Shown here piece after piece: positions 27,073-40,218 of a DNA stretch of 64,000 nucleotides. The notes under the pieces are model-generated. The model did not search any database. It was given only the letters and a program-made list of their open reading frames with translations, and was not told the origin of the DNA. The stretch comes from Geosiphon pyriformis uo1 (Eukaryota; Fungi; Glomeromycota), in NCBI GenBank assembly GCA_016748015.1, contig JAAOMT010000675.1:186001-250000 (forward strand). The letters run 5' to 3'. Within the stretch, counting starts at the first letter, position 1. The number at the start of each line of letters is the position of its first letter. A program made the translations under genes and the position numbers.

Positions 27073-28273
27073 ACGGATGCTTAACAATGAGCTTATCCAA
27101 CTATCAATGAGTCTATGGGCCTCACCGGTGGTCCTGGTTAAAAAGAAGAATGGAAAGATACGATTTTGTGTTGATTATCGACAACTCAACAGTGTCACCA
27201 TTGGAGATGCTTACCCTCTTCCGCGAATCAATGACATGTTAGATGCCCTTGGAAAATCTAAATACTTTTCAACATTAGACCTAGAAAGCGGATACTGGCA
27301 AGTTGCCATGGATTCCAAAGACCACCCCAAAACAGCATTCACAACACAAGGAGGAAACTACAAATTCAATGTAATGTCCTTTGGATTATGCAATATGCCA
27401 GCAACATTCCAAAGACTTATGGATGTTGTATATGCTGAACTCCTTTGGAAATCAGTAGTTGTCTATCTTAATGACACTGATGTTTATTCCCCATCTTTCG
27501 AACTTCATTTAATTCACTTGTGAGAAGTTTTTCAATGATTACATAGAACAGGATTAAAACTAAACATTGAAAAATGCCATTTTAGAAAAACAAGTTTGGC
27601 CTTTCTTGGTCACATAGTTAGTGAAGAAGGAGTTAAACCAGATCCAGGAAAAATCAGTGCTGTTAAAAACTTCAAAGTTTTACAAAATACTACAGAACTA
27701 AGAAGATTCATAAGATTAGCATCCTACTATCAGAAGTTTATCAAAGGATTCTCGGAAATTGCAAAACTCCTCAACCAGCTCACCACCAAAAACGTTGAAT
27801 ACAAATGGATTACCGAACACCAAAAAGCTTTTGAAATCCTCAAGGAAAAACTGACAACAGCTCCAATCTTCGCCTATCCAGATTTCAGCAACTGATTTCG
27901 ACTAGCTACAGATGCTTCATATACTGCCTTTGGTGCCATCTTATCACAACTAGATAACAATGAAAATGAGCGAGTAATTGTCTATGCTAGCAGAACATTA
28001 AAACCAGCTGAGAAAAACTACTCTGCCACAGAACTAGAAACAGCAGCCATAATTTGGGCCCTACACTATTTCAACTTTTATCTCAGGCCTAAAAAATTCG
28101 ATATTATCACTGATAATATTGGACTCAAATAGCTTCAGAACAAAAATACTCAGCTGAATGCAAAACAAACCCAATGGACAGGATTTCTAGCAAACTATTG
28201 ATACATAGTACATCACAAACCAGGAAAACTCTACACCAATGTTAACTGTCTCTCCATAATGAAACAAGATTAG
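27073..28273 (+). pseudogene. G2 RT-RNase H (3' part of the polyprotein)
   Basis: WASPVVLV, RFCVDYR, LDLESGYWQ, YLND, TDAS; ends MKQD-TAG at 28273. Confidence 0.92.
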
Positions 28274-28325
28274 AAAAACACAAAAACCAACACTCAACTT
28301 AACCAACCAAAAGAGCCAACAAACA

Positions 28326-29711
28326 ATGAATTCGGAAAACTACAATGATCTCAAACAATATTTGGAAACATTAACAATCCCAACAGATTGGTCTCCAGAG
28401 GAAAAACATCGACTACAACAACAAGCCAAACAATATTTTCTACACAACAACATTATTTATTACTGAAATTTCAAAAACCCAGACAAACCACTCAGATTAA
28501 TACAAGAACAAGAAAAAGAGACTATATTATACAACATGCACTCAGATCCTTTATCAGCCCACTTCAGAAAAGACAGCACCACCCAAAGAACACTAGAATA
28601 CTACTTTTGGCCTTGAATGAGAAAAGACATTCACGAATATGTCGAATCTTGTGATAGTTGTCAAAAAAGAGGAGAAACTTGCCCTACAGAACCTTTAAAC
28701 CCAATCAAAGTTGAACAGCCTTTTGACAGAGTTGGTATCGATTTAGTCAGACCACTACCTATCACAAACCAAGGAAACCGCTACATTGCAGTAGCCATAG
28801 ACTATCTTACCAAATGGCCTGAAGCCAGAGCCATTCAACAAGCAGATGCAAAATCAGTAGCAAACTTCATCTACGAAAACATTATTTGTAGACATGGATG
28901 CCCAATAGAACTTTTATCTGATCAAGGAACACATTTTGTGAACAATTTAATCCAGGAAATTTGTGGACGATTTAATGTTAAGAGACCATTATCTTCACCC
29001 TACCATCCACAAATAAATGGACTGATAGAACAGTTCAACAGAACATTGTGTGAATCATTAGCCAAAGTTTAAACTGATTTTGAGCAAGAATGAAATCTCT
29101 TTATTCCATCAGTGTTACTAGCATATAAGACACTAAAACAAGATACCACAAAACACACACTATTTGATTTAACTTACGGAAGGATGGCAACATTACCAAT
29201 TAGTTTCACAGTGGAAACATACCTAGTACAACCAATTGATGAAAACAATTTCCAAGAAATGCTTCAACAAAGAGTCTACACTCTGCTTAGCACATTGGAA
29301 GGAAAATGATGAATAGCAGCCACCCATATTGAACACTCCCAAGCTCAACAAAAAGAATGGCATGATGACAAATTGCCTCCAGTCACCAATGAATTTAAAA
29401 TTGGAAACAAAGTTCTTTTACACAGAACTAAAGCCAAAAAACAATGGAGTGGAAAATTTGAAAATAAATAGGATGGACCATTTTTTATCCATGAAGTTTT
29501 AGGCAACGGATCATACAAGCTAAGACTTGATGACAAAATTCTAGCAAAAATTGCACATGGAGATCGTTTAAAATACTATAATTCCAGAAACAATCCTGAA
29601 CCATTAATTCCACAAATTGGTATACATTTCCCTTTAATCAATCCCAAAGACATTCTCCAAAATTTAGAACCAATAGTTGTCATTGAACAGCCTCACAACT
29701 TGAACACTTAA
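28326..29711 (+). pseudogene. G2 integrase ORF (separate, own ATG)
   Basis: ATG AAT TCG GAA AAC; HHCC, DDE core (28617-29072), GPF motif; TAA at 29711. Confidence 0.9.
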
Positions 29712-29832
29712 TTTAAATTTATTATTATAGTTATCTTCTTATAATTTAGAAACAATCTCACAAAAACAAAACAAAAATAACATAAAAACCCATGCACCAA
29801 AAATAATTTTCTTTTATTTCAAATTGCTTATA

Positions 29833-30552
29833 ATGACTATTCCTTAAAACATTCAACAATTATCCCAAAAACTAATGTTAACTTTAAAAACAATACCCGA
29901 ATTATCTATTACTGTTACTAGAAACCACATTAATTATACCCAAACAGAAGTAGTTACAAATTTAGCCCCAAATTCATGAAAATATCACCTGTATAAGAAG
30001 AACACAAGAAGTTATACTGGAATTCACCTGCCAGAACTTTTAAAACTTGCTTTAAGAGAAAATCTAATGCTCACTCCAATTAGTATTCCACCAAATACTA
30101 CAATTTAACAAAGACTTCAACTGTGTTTCAATGAAGAAAACACTGAATATCCTCCAATCTATAGATATTTTTACATTGGAAAAACACTCTACAAATGGAA
30201 ACTGGAACTTACAACAGCAAACCTCGCAAAAGAAGCTATTCAAAAACAACTCCACAATGAATTCAAGACAACAGCTGGATCAACAAACAGTCGCTACAGG
30301 CTCAGAGCTGCTCTTAGACTTTATGACCTATTCCACACCTGTGAAAACGTACTACAAAACCCAATTTTTCAACTTTTGAAGATTCAATACATTGGAAAGC
30401 TCACAGAACTGAAATTTCAACAATTTTCAGACCAAATTTTTTCAATAATTTTGGATTATTATCTGGAAATGACAAACAGTACTTGGATTTTGATGGAGCT
30501 CAGTCTTAAGGAGGAAGTTATGTTACCAGACAAAATTAGAGATATTATTTAG
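29833..30552 (+). pseudogene. G2 ORF3
   Basis: 240 codons with internal stops, collinear with G3 ORF3; ends inside the LTR (MLPDKIRDII*). Confidence 0.78.
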
Positions 30553-31497
30553 CATAAAATTATCTTATAATTTCTATCATTAATTAGCATATATTATTGT
30601 TTCAAATTATTACTTATTACATTAGCAAAAATGTCCGAAATTATCATTTAATTAATAACCCAAATTGTATACAACACAAATGTAACCTAATTGCGATGAT
30701 CAATCATGCAATACTCTGAACTATGTAACATTCAAAAGTTTGCTGAAATTTATAGAAATTCGCTGAAATAATTGATAGTTCACCAAAATATCTAATAGTT
30801 CACAGAAATAACTTGTAGTTCACCAAAATTTATCTTTAGTTCAGCAAAATTGTAAAAAATAACAAAGTTCAAGTTCATAGAATAGTGTTACGACAAGTTG
30901 TATAAAAGAAGAGCTTCTCTCTTCGAGAAAATGTATCTTATTTTAGATTTAACAATTAGAATCATCCTTTATACACAAAATGAAATAAATATCAAATAAT
31001 TTGAAAAATCAAATCCTGAATTATTTCACTTTTGAAATTAACTAATTCCTATGAAACAGTTTGAAATTGATTAGCTACCAATTTCAGTAAACTGTTAGTG
31101 ACTCCAGGCCTGGATAAAAAACGTTTTCCTTAACAGAATTCTATTTCTTTTACATTTCTTTTATTTTTCTTTTCTTTTATTTTTATAATCATTAGGGTAG
31201 CCTACAGACAAGATTTCTGTAGAAGAGTTGACTTTCACAGCAAAGTAGCTATACATTTTAGTGAGCTTCCAAATGAGCAATTCCTGGAAAAGAGTTGACG
31301 TTTACTACAACGTAACTATATAAAGTAACTGGTATGGAATTGGCCATTCCACTTATAAGTCCAGCAGTTCAAATTATAAGAGATAATTTGAAGATAAATT
31401 TAGTAATTGGAGGTTCAACCACATCCAGAAAATGGGAATTCACAGCAAACAAGCATTGACAACATTTAAGAAAAGAGACCAAAAACCTCTGGTAACA
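30521..31497 (+). repeat. G2 3' LTR (977 bp)
   Basis: TGTTACCAGA...TCTGGTAACA. Confidence 0.95.
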
Positions 31498-31706
31498 ATG
31501 GACAATTCTGAGTTGGTACTTTTACTCTCCTTTTCTGCTTCCCCCAACATTTCAGCTTTAGGTCTGAGTAGTTTAAAAGTCTTGATGACCAAAGTTGGCA
31601 GTTTGGAATCTAAGTTGGTGGCTCTCAAGGCTTTTGTTGATTCAGTTTTGGCAAAGTTAGATCATTTGTGTACTGGTTTGGGTCCTTTGTTATCCTCTTT
31701 ATCTCA

Positions 31707-34700
31707 ATGAGTAATTTGATCTGAAAGATAACTATGTGTAATGTTCAGGGTATCAATGTTTCTGCCAAGCAGAAAGATGTTGTTCACTGGCATAAGAATA
31801 TAGGCAATTTGATTTCAATTGTTACTGAAACCAAGTTGAAGAGCAAGATTCATCTGTGGATTGCTGACAAGTTTGATGGTGTCTGTGTTTTCACTTTTGG
31901 TGTAGACTCTAGTTATTTGAGTTCTGGTATTGCCATTATCATAAACATTTTTCTGGCTTGTTATATGTGTAAAATTTCCGAGATATCTGGTTGGCTTCTT
32001 TCTGTCAGGCTATTCTTCAAAAATAAACTCTCTGTTTCTATTTTGGGGCTCTATGCTAATGCTTCTTCCATGGTTCGATTCTCTCAAACTGGTGATATTA
32101 ATTCCATTATTACAAAGGCAGTCAATAAGTCTTTTTTTGTTGTTCTTGATGGCAATTTCAATGAAAATAGTTCTCATAAGAGTACAAGTTTTCAGAAATG
32201 TCTTAATTTGAGTCTGGTCAATTCTTTGGTTGGTTGCTTAGCTGTAAAAAAGCATACTTGGGAGAATTCAAAGGACATTATGAAGACAATTAATTATGTG
32301 TTTATTTTTTGGAATCTGGTCAATGCTTTAATATAGCATAATGTTTTGAAAGTTAATAAGCATTTTAACATGAATCACCAAGCTATTTTTGTGTCTGTGG
32401 GTTTGAGTGGACTTTTGGATACACAATTGAACTCTTTTTGTAAACAAGCAAACAGAGATTGTTGGAAGTTTGATTTCAAAGATGCTGATAAGGATAAATG
32501 TAACAATTTTAAGAAATCCATGTCAAACAATGCTGCAATGTTCTCTGTTGAGTTTGCTACTGCTGTGCAGTTATCAGATCTAAACACAATATAGAATATT
32601 ATCCACAAGATAATGACTCTTTCAGCTGGTAAGATTTTTAAAAAAAAATGGTTCAAGAGTTTTGATGAAGTCTTCACCAAAGATTCTTCGAGGTTTCATA
32701 GACTAGAGCTTTTGGTTTCAAAGATTGTCAAGGCTTCTTGTGAGGAGAATATTGTTAATTTTGTCTTTCTTATGAAATGTTGGGACTCTTTGAACAATAC
32801 TAAATCTTTGGTTATTTAGGATCTCATGAATACTGGTGTAAGCTTTAATCATGTTTGTTTTGCTCTTTATAAGTCTTATTGCACTGTTAAGCTTACTGAA
32901 TCTCTAAGGGCTAATAAAGTAAATATCAGGTCTGTTATTAATAGGAAAATGGAAAGCTTTGAGGTTAATAAGAGTCACATGATTAGGAGTATGCTGGAGT
33001 GTTCATTTCACAAAGTGGTTTTTGGTCATCTGGTAGTTGATGATAAACTGATTCTGGAACCTGATTTGGTTAAGTCTAAGATAGATGTAATCATGGATGG
33101 TTGGACTAGAAAGTGTAGAGTGGTAGATGATATCTTTAATGACTGGCATTATTAATATCAACTCTTGGAGTATGTTTTTGATGAAGCTTTTTCTGGTGTT
33201 ATAAGTTCAATTAATTTTGATGAATTGGTTAAAGTGGTTTCTGATCTGCCTGATAACAAAGCTACTGGTCTCTCAGGTATATCGAATGAACTTTGAAAGC
33301 ATTGTGACAAGACAGTCTTGAATATGCTCTTGATGCTCTTGAATTTTTGTCTGTCTGATGAATTGGTGCCCAGCTCTTGGAAAAAGGCTTGGATCTTGAT
33401 GATTTCCAAACCATATGAGTAGAAAGGTGTTCTGACAAATACTCATCCTATTGTTTTAATCAAAATGACTCATAAAATTCTTTCCAAGATTCTTTCTGAC
33501 AGGATTTCTTTGGCTTGTAGCACTTTTAATGTTCTTCGTGAGGACAATTTTTCAGTTTTAAAGGATATAATAATCCAGTCTCCCATTTTTGCAATTGGTT
33601 TGGTTATTGAAGATGTTTTGGAAAAAAACCAGGAGCTTTGACTAATTTTGCAAGACATGCAGAAAACATATGATTCGGTTGGCTGAGAGCATCTTAAGAA
33701 GAGTTTGGTCAGAATCAAAATGTGCAGCAAATTTATTTGATTCTTTGGTAATATTTATAGGAATTGTATCAACAGAGTTATGACAGATTTTGGTTTGATG
33801 AGTGGTTATTGTGTGATAATGATCTGAACCAAGGAGAGGTGTTTTCCTCTCTTTTATGATGCATATTTTATGATTCTCTATTGTGTAAAGTCAAGTGTTA
33901 AGAGAATGTGTGTGGATATAAGTTGAATTTTTATTTTATTTTTAGAAGTGGTTGCACTAAATCTTAGACTGAACTTTCTTCTTTTTTTGCTGCTGGCACT
34001 TTCATTGATGATACAATTTGGGTTGATAGCAGTTAGAGTACTACTCAATATATCCTTAATGTTGCTGGTAAATTTTTTCAGATCAATAACATTTCAATTA
34101 ATAATGACAAAACAGTGGCCATTCTCATCAATAGTAGAGTCAGCACTTCTTTTCTTTCCATTAATAGCTTTCTGATCTTTATTGCCAAAAAGGGTGAATC
34201 TTATTAGTATTTGGATATTTTTCTGTCAACTAAAAGTCTATTAAAGTTTAGTTTGGCTAAAACAAATTTAGACATTTGGTTTTATACCAATCTGGTCTTG
34301 AAAAAGGCTATCTTGAATAAGCAGCTTTTGTATTTGGTATCAGCAGTTTTCTATTCTATAGTCAGCTATAAAATGCAGTTCAGTTTTGTTCCTGTTGGTA
34401 TATACAACAAGTGGAATGCTCTAATTTGTAAGGGCTTAAAACTTAAATCTGGTCTACCACTCAATTTTCCTAGTGACACAATTCACCATTCATCTTTTTA
34501 TGGTTTGAAATTTTTCTTACAAGTTCAGTCTAAAAGTAAGATTGCTTTCTTTGTTAGTTTTGTGAACTCTGGTGGTGTCTTAAGTCACTTGTTTTTTCAC
34601 AGGTCCCATAACTTACAAGTTCTGTATTGGTGCCCTCTTTATCTATTGAGTTCTTCTGTCCATATATGTGTCAGTGCTTCTAATAACTTTCTGGCAGGCA

Positions 34701-36385
34701 TGATTTGTATTCTTCTTGATTGCAATTTGTTCTTGGAAGGCTTTTTGGCCAGTTTCTTTCAGTTTTGCAGTGAGATTTCTATGTTTGCTGTTCTGAACAA
34801 GTTAAAATTTCTCAAGTTTCTCCTTTCTTTCCATTGGTATAGTGTAGCTTTTATGAATTAACTTTATAATAATCATGGTGTTGTCTTTGATTGGTGTACT
34901 TTTAGGTATTAAAAGAGACTGGACTTCCATGGTCCTGCTTCTGAGTGGTTCAAGATTTCTATAACATTTTTTGATGGTATGGCTTTTTCTTCTGCTCATC
35001 TTTTAGTTTCTAGTAGAGTTGGTTCTTTAAACATTCTTAACTCTGGTGATTATGTATCTGTGTATAACTGTCTTTCTTAGGTTGTTTCTGGTAGTTTATC
35101 TGTGTATATGGATAAGTCTCTAAAGGATTTGGGCACAGTTGGCTGTAAAGCTGGTGCTGCTGCTTTTTTTGAGGACATTAATTTGGGTTTGGGCATTGGT
35201 GTATCAGGTTTGATGTCATCAACTATGGTAGAATTATAGGCTATTGTGTTGGCCCTGGAGTGTGTTCTTTTATCTAGCTCTGTTTGCTTGTTTTCCAATA
35301 GTCAATCTGCTTTAAATACTTGTAAGTCAGAATTGGGTCTGGTGTATCCTGACTTTCACAATTGGTGTTGGGTTGAACATCAGCATATTGTTAATGTCAT
35401 TCATAGTAAGAATTTGAGAGTTAGTTGGCACAAGATGAAGGGTCACTCTGGTGTTTCAGAGAATAAGCATGCTAATGTAATTGTTGATGTTGTCTCTTTC
35501 TCTAGTTGGTGTCTTCCTCTTTGCTTGGATGAATGCTTTATAGTAACTGATAGTAGTGTTGTTTCTGGCAATTCTAGGCATTTTGTACATAATATTTATT
35601 GTTCAGTTTGTCATATACACTGGAAAGTTGGTTTTGGTTCTAAGTTTTTGACAGGTAATTTGCTTTTTGAGGTCAATTGGCTCTGCTTGTCACTGGTGTA
35701 ACATTCTGATTTGCACATGGCTGTTGGTTTTACCAGCAAGCCTTCAGCTAGTGCACACACTTATTTTATGAAGGTCTTACATTATTGACTGCCTGTTGCC
35801 ATTTATAAGTGTTTTTATGACAAACATTATCTTAGTGTATTGTGTTTGTATTGTAGTAATATTGAAGTATTGGATTATGTGTTTTTTTGTGAGGTCGACA
35901 ATTCTATTAGGCATCAAATATTGGAATTCCATGTGGCTTTATGGAAGGCTCTTTCTGGTTTCTCTTATTTCTCTTCAAGTATGCTGCAGCTGTTGTCATC
36001 TTGTGCTTTTAATTTTTTTGTATCTATGGCTCTTTATAAGGATTTTGTTTTTAATGATTGGTTTCACAAGACCATTTCTGTTTTCCATGATCCCAAGATT
36101 GTCAGTTCAGAAGTTGTCAAATTTGTGTACTCTTTTGGTTTCACCTTTAAGGATGATATCTGGATGGTTCATACTAAACATTGTGCTTATATAAAGAAAA
36201 CCAGATTGATACTATTGGATAATTTGGCTCTTGTATCAATTTCTGGTTTGGTGTTGGGGTTTTCTGTTAGTGTGATCAAATTACTTGGTATTACCAAAGC
36301 TTTTGGCATCTGTTTTGGGTTCCACAAATTTTGTTTGTTTTTCTCAAATATAAGTAACTCAGTCTTAGTTCATATAGCTGTGTAG
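31707..36385 (+). pseudogene. LINE L2 ORF2: APE endonuclease, RT, RNase H, C-terminal CCHC-type zinc finger
   Basis: MSNLI(W)KI..CNV, ETKL, GNFN; RT GTFIDDTIW at ~33995; RNase H SVY(T)D(G)SL..EL.AI..SNSQSAL..KGHSG..N at ~35095-35475; CLYC..EVLDYVFFC. Confidence 0.9.
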
Positions 36386-36515
36386 TGTTGTTCTGATCAG
36401 TTCAAATGGCTGGTCATATGTAGAAAATACATGATTTATGCCTAGTTTAGATTATTTTTTTGATGTATAGTATTAGGTAGTGTTTGGATCTTACTCATTA
36501 ATTAATAAAAAAAAA

Positions 36516-37717
36516 AATTTGCCAAAATATACTTTTAGTTTACTAAAATATTAATAAAAAAAAAATACAAAATTATAAAATAATATTATAACAAATTATA
36601 TAAAAAAAGTTTTTTTTTGAAAAAATATATTTTAATTTAGATTTATTTTTAAACAATTAATTAATTATTTCAAATTAATAAAATAAAATTTACTTTAAAA
36701 TTCAAACTTTTTTTATATTTATTTTTGTTTAAAACTCACAAATTTTGATTAATATTTTGAAATTAATTAATTATTAATTTTAAATATAAATCAAAAACAA
36801 TTTTTTTATAATTTTTTATAATTAGATAGTTTACAGTTAAGATTTTTGTAAATAATTTGAATTTTATAGCAAAATAATTACATATTATTAAAGAACTTAT
36901 AGTCAAAATTTTTTGTAAAAGAATTAACTTTTATTACAAAGTAATTACATAAAATAATTAACATAAAATTGATTATTTTATTATAAGTTTAATAATAATA
37001 ATAATCTAAAATATAAAAAATACTTTGAAAATAATTTAACTTATTAAAAATTTATTAGCTTTTATTAACAATAGAATTAACAATAAAATAATATTAACAA
37101 TATTTCAGAAAACTATTAAAATTTTTAATAATATTTGGTATTTTCTTAAAAAATTAAAATAATAATAAACTATTTAAAATAGTAATTATATTTAACACAA
37201 AAACTTTAAAATATTATCAATTAATTTACTATAAATAAAGATTTAAAATCCAAAACAAAATTACAATTATAAAATAAATGCTTTTTTAATATATTGAAAA
37301 TTAAATTAATAATAATTTTTTTGAAAATTAATATTATTAAAGTCAAATAAAATTTTTTTGAAAATTTACTTTATTATTTAAATATAAAAACAGAAATTAT
37401 TAATACTAATACTTATTTAACTTATTTTTAAGAACTTAATTATAATATTATTAAGTTTTGTAAAAAAAAATACTTAGTTTATTTATAATTTTTTCTTAAT
37501 TTAAAATTTAAATTAAAAACTTGAATTAAAAACTAACAAAAAAAACTTTTAGATTTAATCAAATAATTTACAATATATTAAAATTTATTACCAAATATTT
37601 ATAAATATTTAAACAAAAAAATTAGTATTAATTACTATTTAATTATTTTTTTTTTGGCTTTATTTATTTAAACTTAAATATCTAATTCTTTACTAATCTG
37701 TTTTTTAAGACTAAAAA
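36516..37717 (+). mobile_element. Hypermutated family-A relic: rest of LTR, PBS remnant (TTTGGTATTTTC at ~37134), gag N-terminal region
   Basis: Collinear with the G2/G3 LTR and gag after C>T/G>A changes (e.g. ACTTTAAAATATTATCAATTAATTTAC vs ACTCTAGAGTATTACCAGTCAATTTAC). Confidence 0.75.
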
Positions 37718-38600
37718 GTTCATAATTCAAGGATTTAATAAAAATTATAAAAATAGTATAAAAATATTCAACTATAATATAACATAGTAATAATCTTAAA
37801 AAAATAATAATTAATATAATAATAATTATTAAATAGTATTAACAATGTATTATTTTGTAATAACAGTAAATATTATATTAAAATATTAAAAATAGAGTAT
37901 TATAATATGTTTTTTTATAAAACTATAAATATATATATATATATAATAGTTTTAATATTAAGAAAAAGCATTTTTAAGCTTTTATATTAATTATTTTTTA
38001 GTATTTATTTTTAATAAAAAACATATAAAAAAAATTATAATAGTAAAAGTATTAAAAACATTATTTGAATTATTAATTAAATAAAACTATCATTTGTTAA
38101 TTGAACTTTTTAAAAGAATAATTTTTAATCAAGATTATTTATATTATTTATTAATTAATAAAAAGTTTTATTGTAAAATTAAAAAAAAACACTAAAAAAC
38201 TATTAATATTTTATGTTTTTAGAGTAAAAAACACTTTAAATAATTATAATCATTAATAGTAAGTAAAATTCAAATTAATTTTTAAAAAAAAACACATACA
38301 TATATATATTAATTAAAAATTAAAAAATAATTTATATTATAATATTAACAAAAAAAATTTTAGTATTATAGCATTATTATCACATAAATAAAATTAAAAA
38401 ACTTACAAAAGATTAATTTTAATTAAAATAAAAGTATTAATAATTAATATATTAAAAAAATACTTTTGTAATAATATTAATTTTTAAAACAAAATAAAAT
38501 CTTTAACATTAAAAGTTATCATATAATTATTAAAAAATTATTTTAAATTAATATAAAAAAATTGAAATTATATCAACAAAAACAATTTAAATATTTTATT
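37718..38600 (+). mobile_element. Hypermutated family-B-like LTR relic
   Basis: TATTCAACTATAATATAACATAGTAATAATCTTA and AATCAAGATTATT match the G4 LTR; boundaries are approximate. Confidence 0.6.
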
Positions 38601-39269
38601 ATAAAATATAATAATATATTTATATAAAATAATAATAACTTAAAAAAAACTAATCTGTTTTAATATTGTTATTTATAAAATAAACTAAAAATTAAATAAT
38701 AATTAAATATAATATCAAAACTATAAAAATATTAATAAAAATACTAAAAATTTTAATAATAACTTAAAAAAAAGTATAAAATTACTAAAAATTTTAGAAA
38801 TCTTATATTACAAAGATTTATGTATATATAGCAATAATATTAAAAACAGAAAAAAACAATTAAATTTAATTTAATTTTTACTAAATAACTTTAACAATTA
38901 AAAATTTAATATTTAAAATAAATATTTTTTTAATAAAACTATTATTTAAATTATTTAATAAAAAATATAAGAATAAACATAATTAATTTATTAAATTGTT
39001 TATTAAAAAAATAAAAAAACACCAAAATAAACTAATTATTATATTAAAATAATTAGATATTAAGTATTGTTAATTATTATTATTGAAATTTTGTTTATTA
39101 TATAAAAAATTTAATATTAAATTTATATAAAAAATATTAAATTAAAATATCAATAAGCATATTAAATATTACTTACTAGTTGTCAATTTAATAATATTGT
39201 TATAGTTAAAATTCATAATTTTTATTAGTTATTATATGTATTAGTTACTAATATTATATAATTAGCCAT

Positions 39270-40136
39270 TGTTACAGTTTAAGAATTTAGCAAAAAGAAT
39301 CATAAAAATAATACAAACTATTCAATCATAATATAGCACAGTAATAATCTTAGAAAGGTAATGATTAACATAGTAGCAAACACTATTTCGCGATAGTGGC
39401 AAGCACCAGTTCACAATAGCAGCCAACACCAACTGGTGATAGCAGCAAACACCAGGTTGAAATATCAAAAAGAAAGTATTTTCTCGTAGAACTACAAACA
39501 TGTATATATACAGTAGTTTTAATATTAGGAAATAATCAATCAAGTAATAAAAATCATAACTTATCAAGCAACAGATCCAATTTTATCCAACAAACTCCAC
39601 TTTAAATCATACTTTCAAATTAAATATCCCAAGAAACCTTTAAAAATCAAAAAAAAATGAAAAAGAATATTTAAAACGGAACTATCACAACCCAAAGTAT
39701 TAAGAAACTTACTTGTATTATTTATTGAATGAAACTATCATTCATCAACTGAAACCCTTGAAAGAATAATCCTTGATCAAGATTATTCATGTTGTTACTA
39801 ATTGATAAAAACTTTATTGTGAGAATTAGAAAAGTGCTAAAGACCATTAACATTCTGTGTTTCTAGATTAGAAAAACACATCAGGCAATTGCAAGGATAG
39901 TCTCAGAGAAGACCCCAGACAGTGGGTAGATTTCAGTTCAGCCTCTGAGAAGGAGTACATAAACACACACAACAATCAAGAATTAAAGAATAACTTACAT
40001 CGCAACAGTAAAAAGAAAGCCTTCAATATAACAGTGACATTATCACACAAATAGAATTAAGGAACTCACGAAAGACTGATTGCAATTAAAGTGGGATATC
40101 AGCAATTAAATATAACAAGAAAACCATCTCGTAATA
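39270..40136 (+). repeat. G4 5' LTR
   Basis: TGTTACAG...CGTAATA; no obvious similarity to the family-A LTR beyond the termini. Confidence 0.93.
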
Positions 40137-40156
40137 TTTGGTGAACCCTACGAGGA
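40137..40156 (+). promoter_or_regulatory. Primer binding site (family B)
   Basis: TTTGGTGAACCCTACGAGGA; near-identical copy at 48684 in G5. Confidence 0.8.
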
Positions 40157-40218
40157 AAGAAAATCAAAAAGGAAATAATAAGTAGCAATAATTCATTGCT
40201 AAAAAGGAAAAGACAAAA

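Larger units (their letters stand above)
12936..31497 (+). mobile_element. Ty3/gypsy G2 (family A, variant U3), full length, containing nested G3
   Basis: LTRs 12936-13753 and 30521-31497; 4-bp TSD ATGG at 12932-12935 and 31498-31501; PBS; PPT at ~30508-30520. Confidence 0.96.
11151..36515 (+). mobile_element. Full-length LINE L2 (ORF1 + APE-RT-RNase H-CCHC ORF2, poly-A), interrupted by G2/G3
   Basis: ~12-bp TSD AATTTGCCAAAA at 11139-11150 and 36516-36527; AATAAA followed by an A-tail at ~36504-36517. ORF1 rejoins in frame across G2 (DMNM|DNSEL). Confidence 0.93.

Noticed and set aside
29500-29711. Chromodomain at the integrase C-terminus
   Set aside because: Only a GPF/Y module and a short Pro/Ile-rich tail; no YLVKW-type motif.
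31432-31710. 92-aa ORF as a novel gene
   Set aside because: Chance fusion of the G2 LTR end with the LINE ORF1 C-terminus; its ATG is ACG in the 5' LTR.
36530-39265. AT desert as organelle DNA, centromeric satellite or an origin
   Set aside because: Largely alignable to the gypsy LTR/gag; 38600-39265 could not be assigned.
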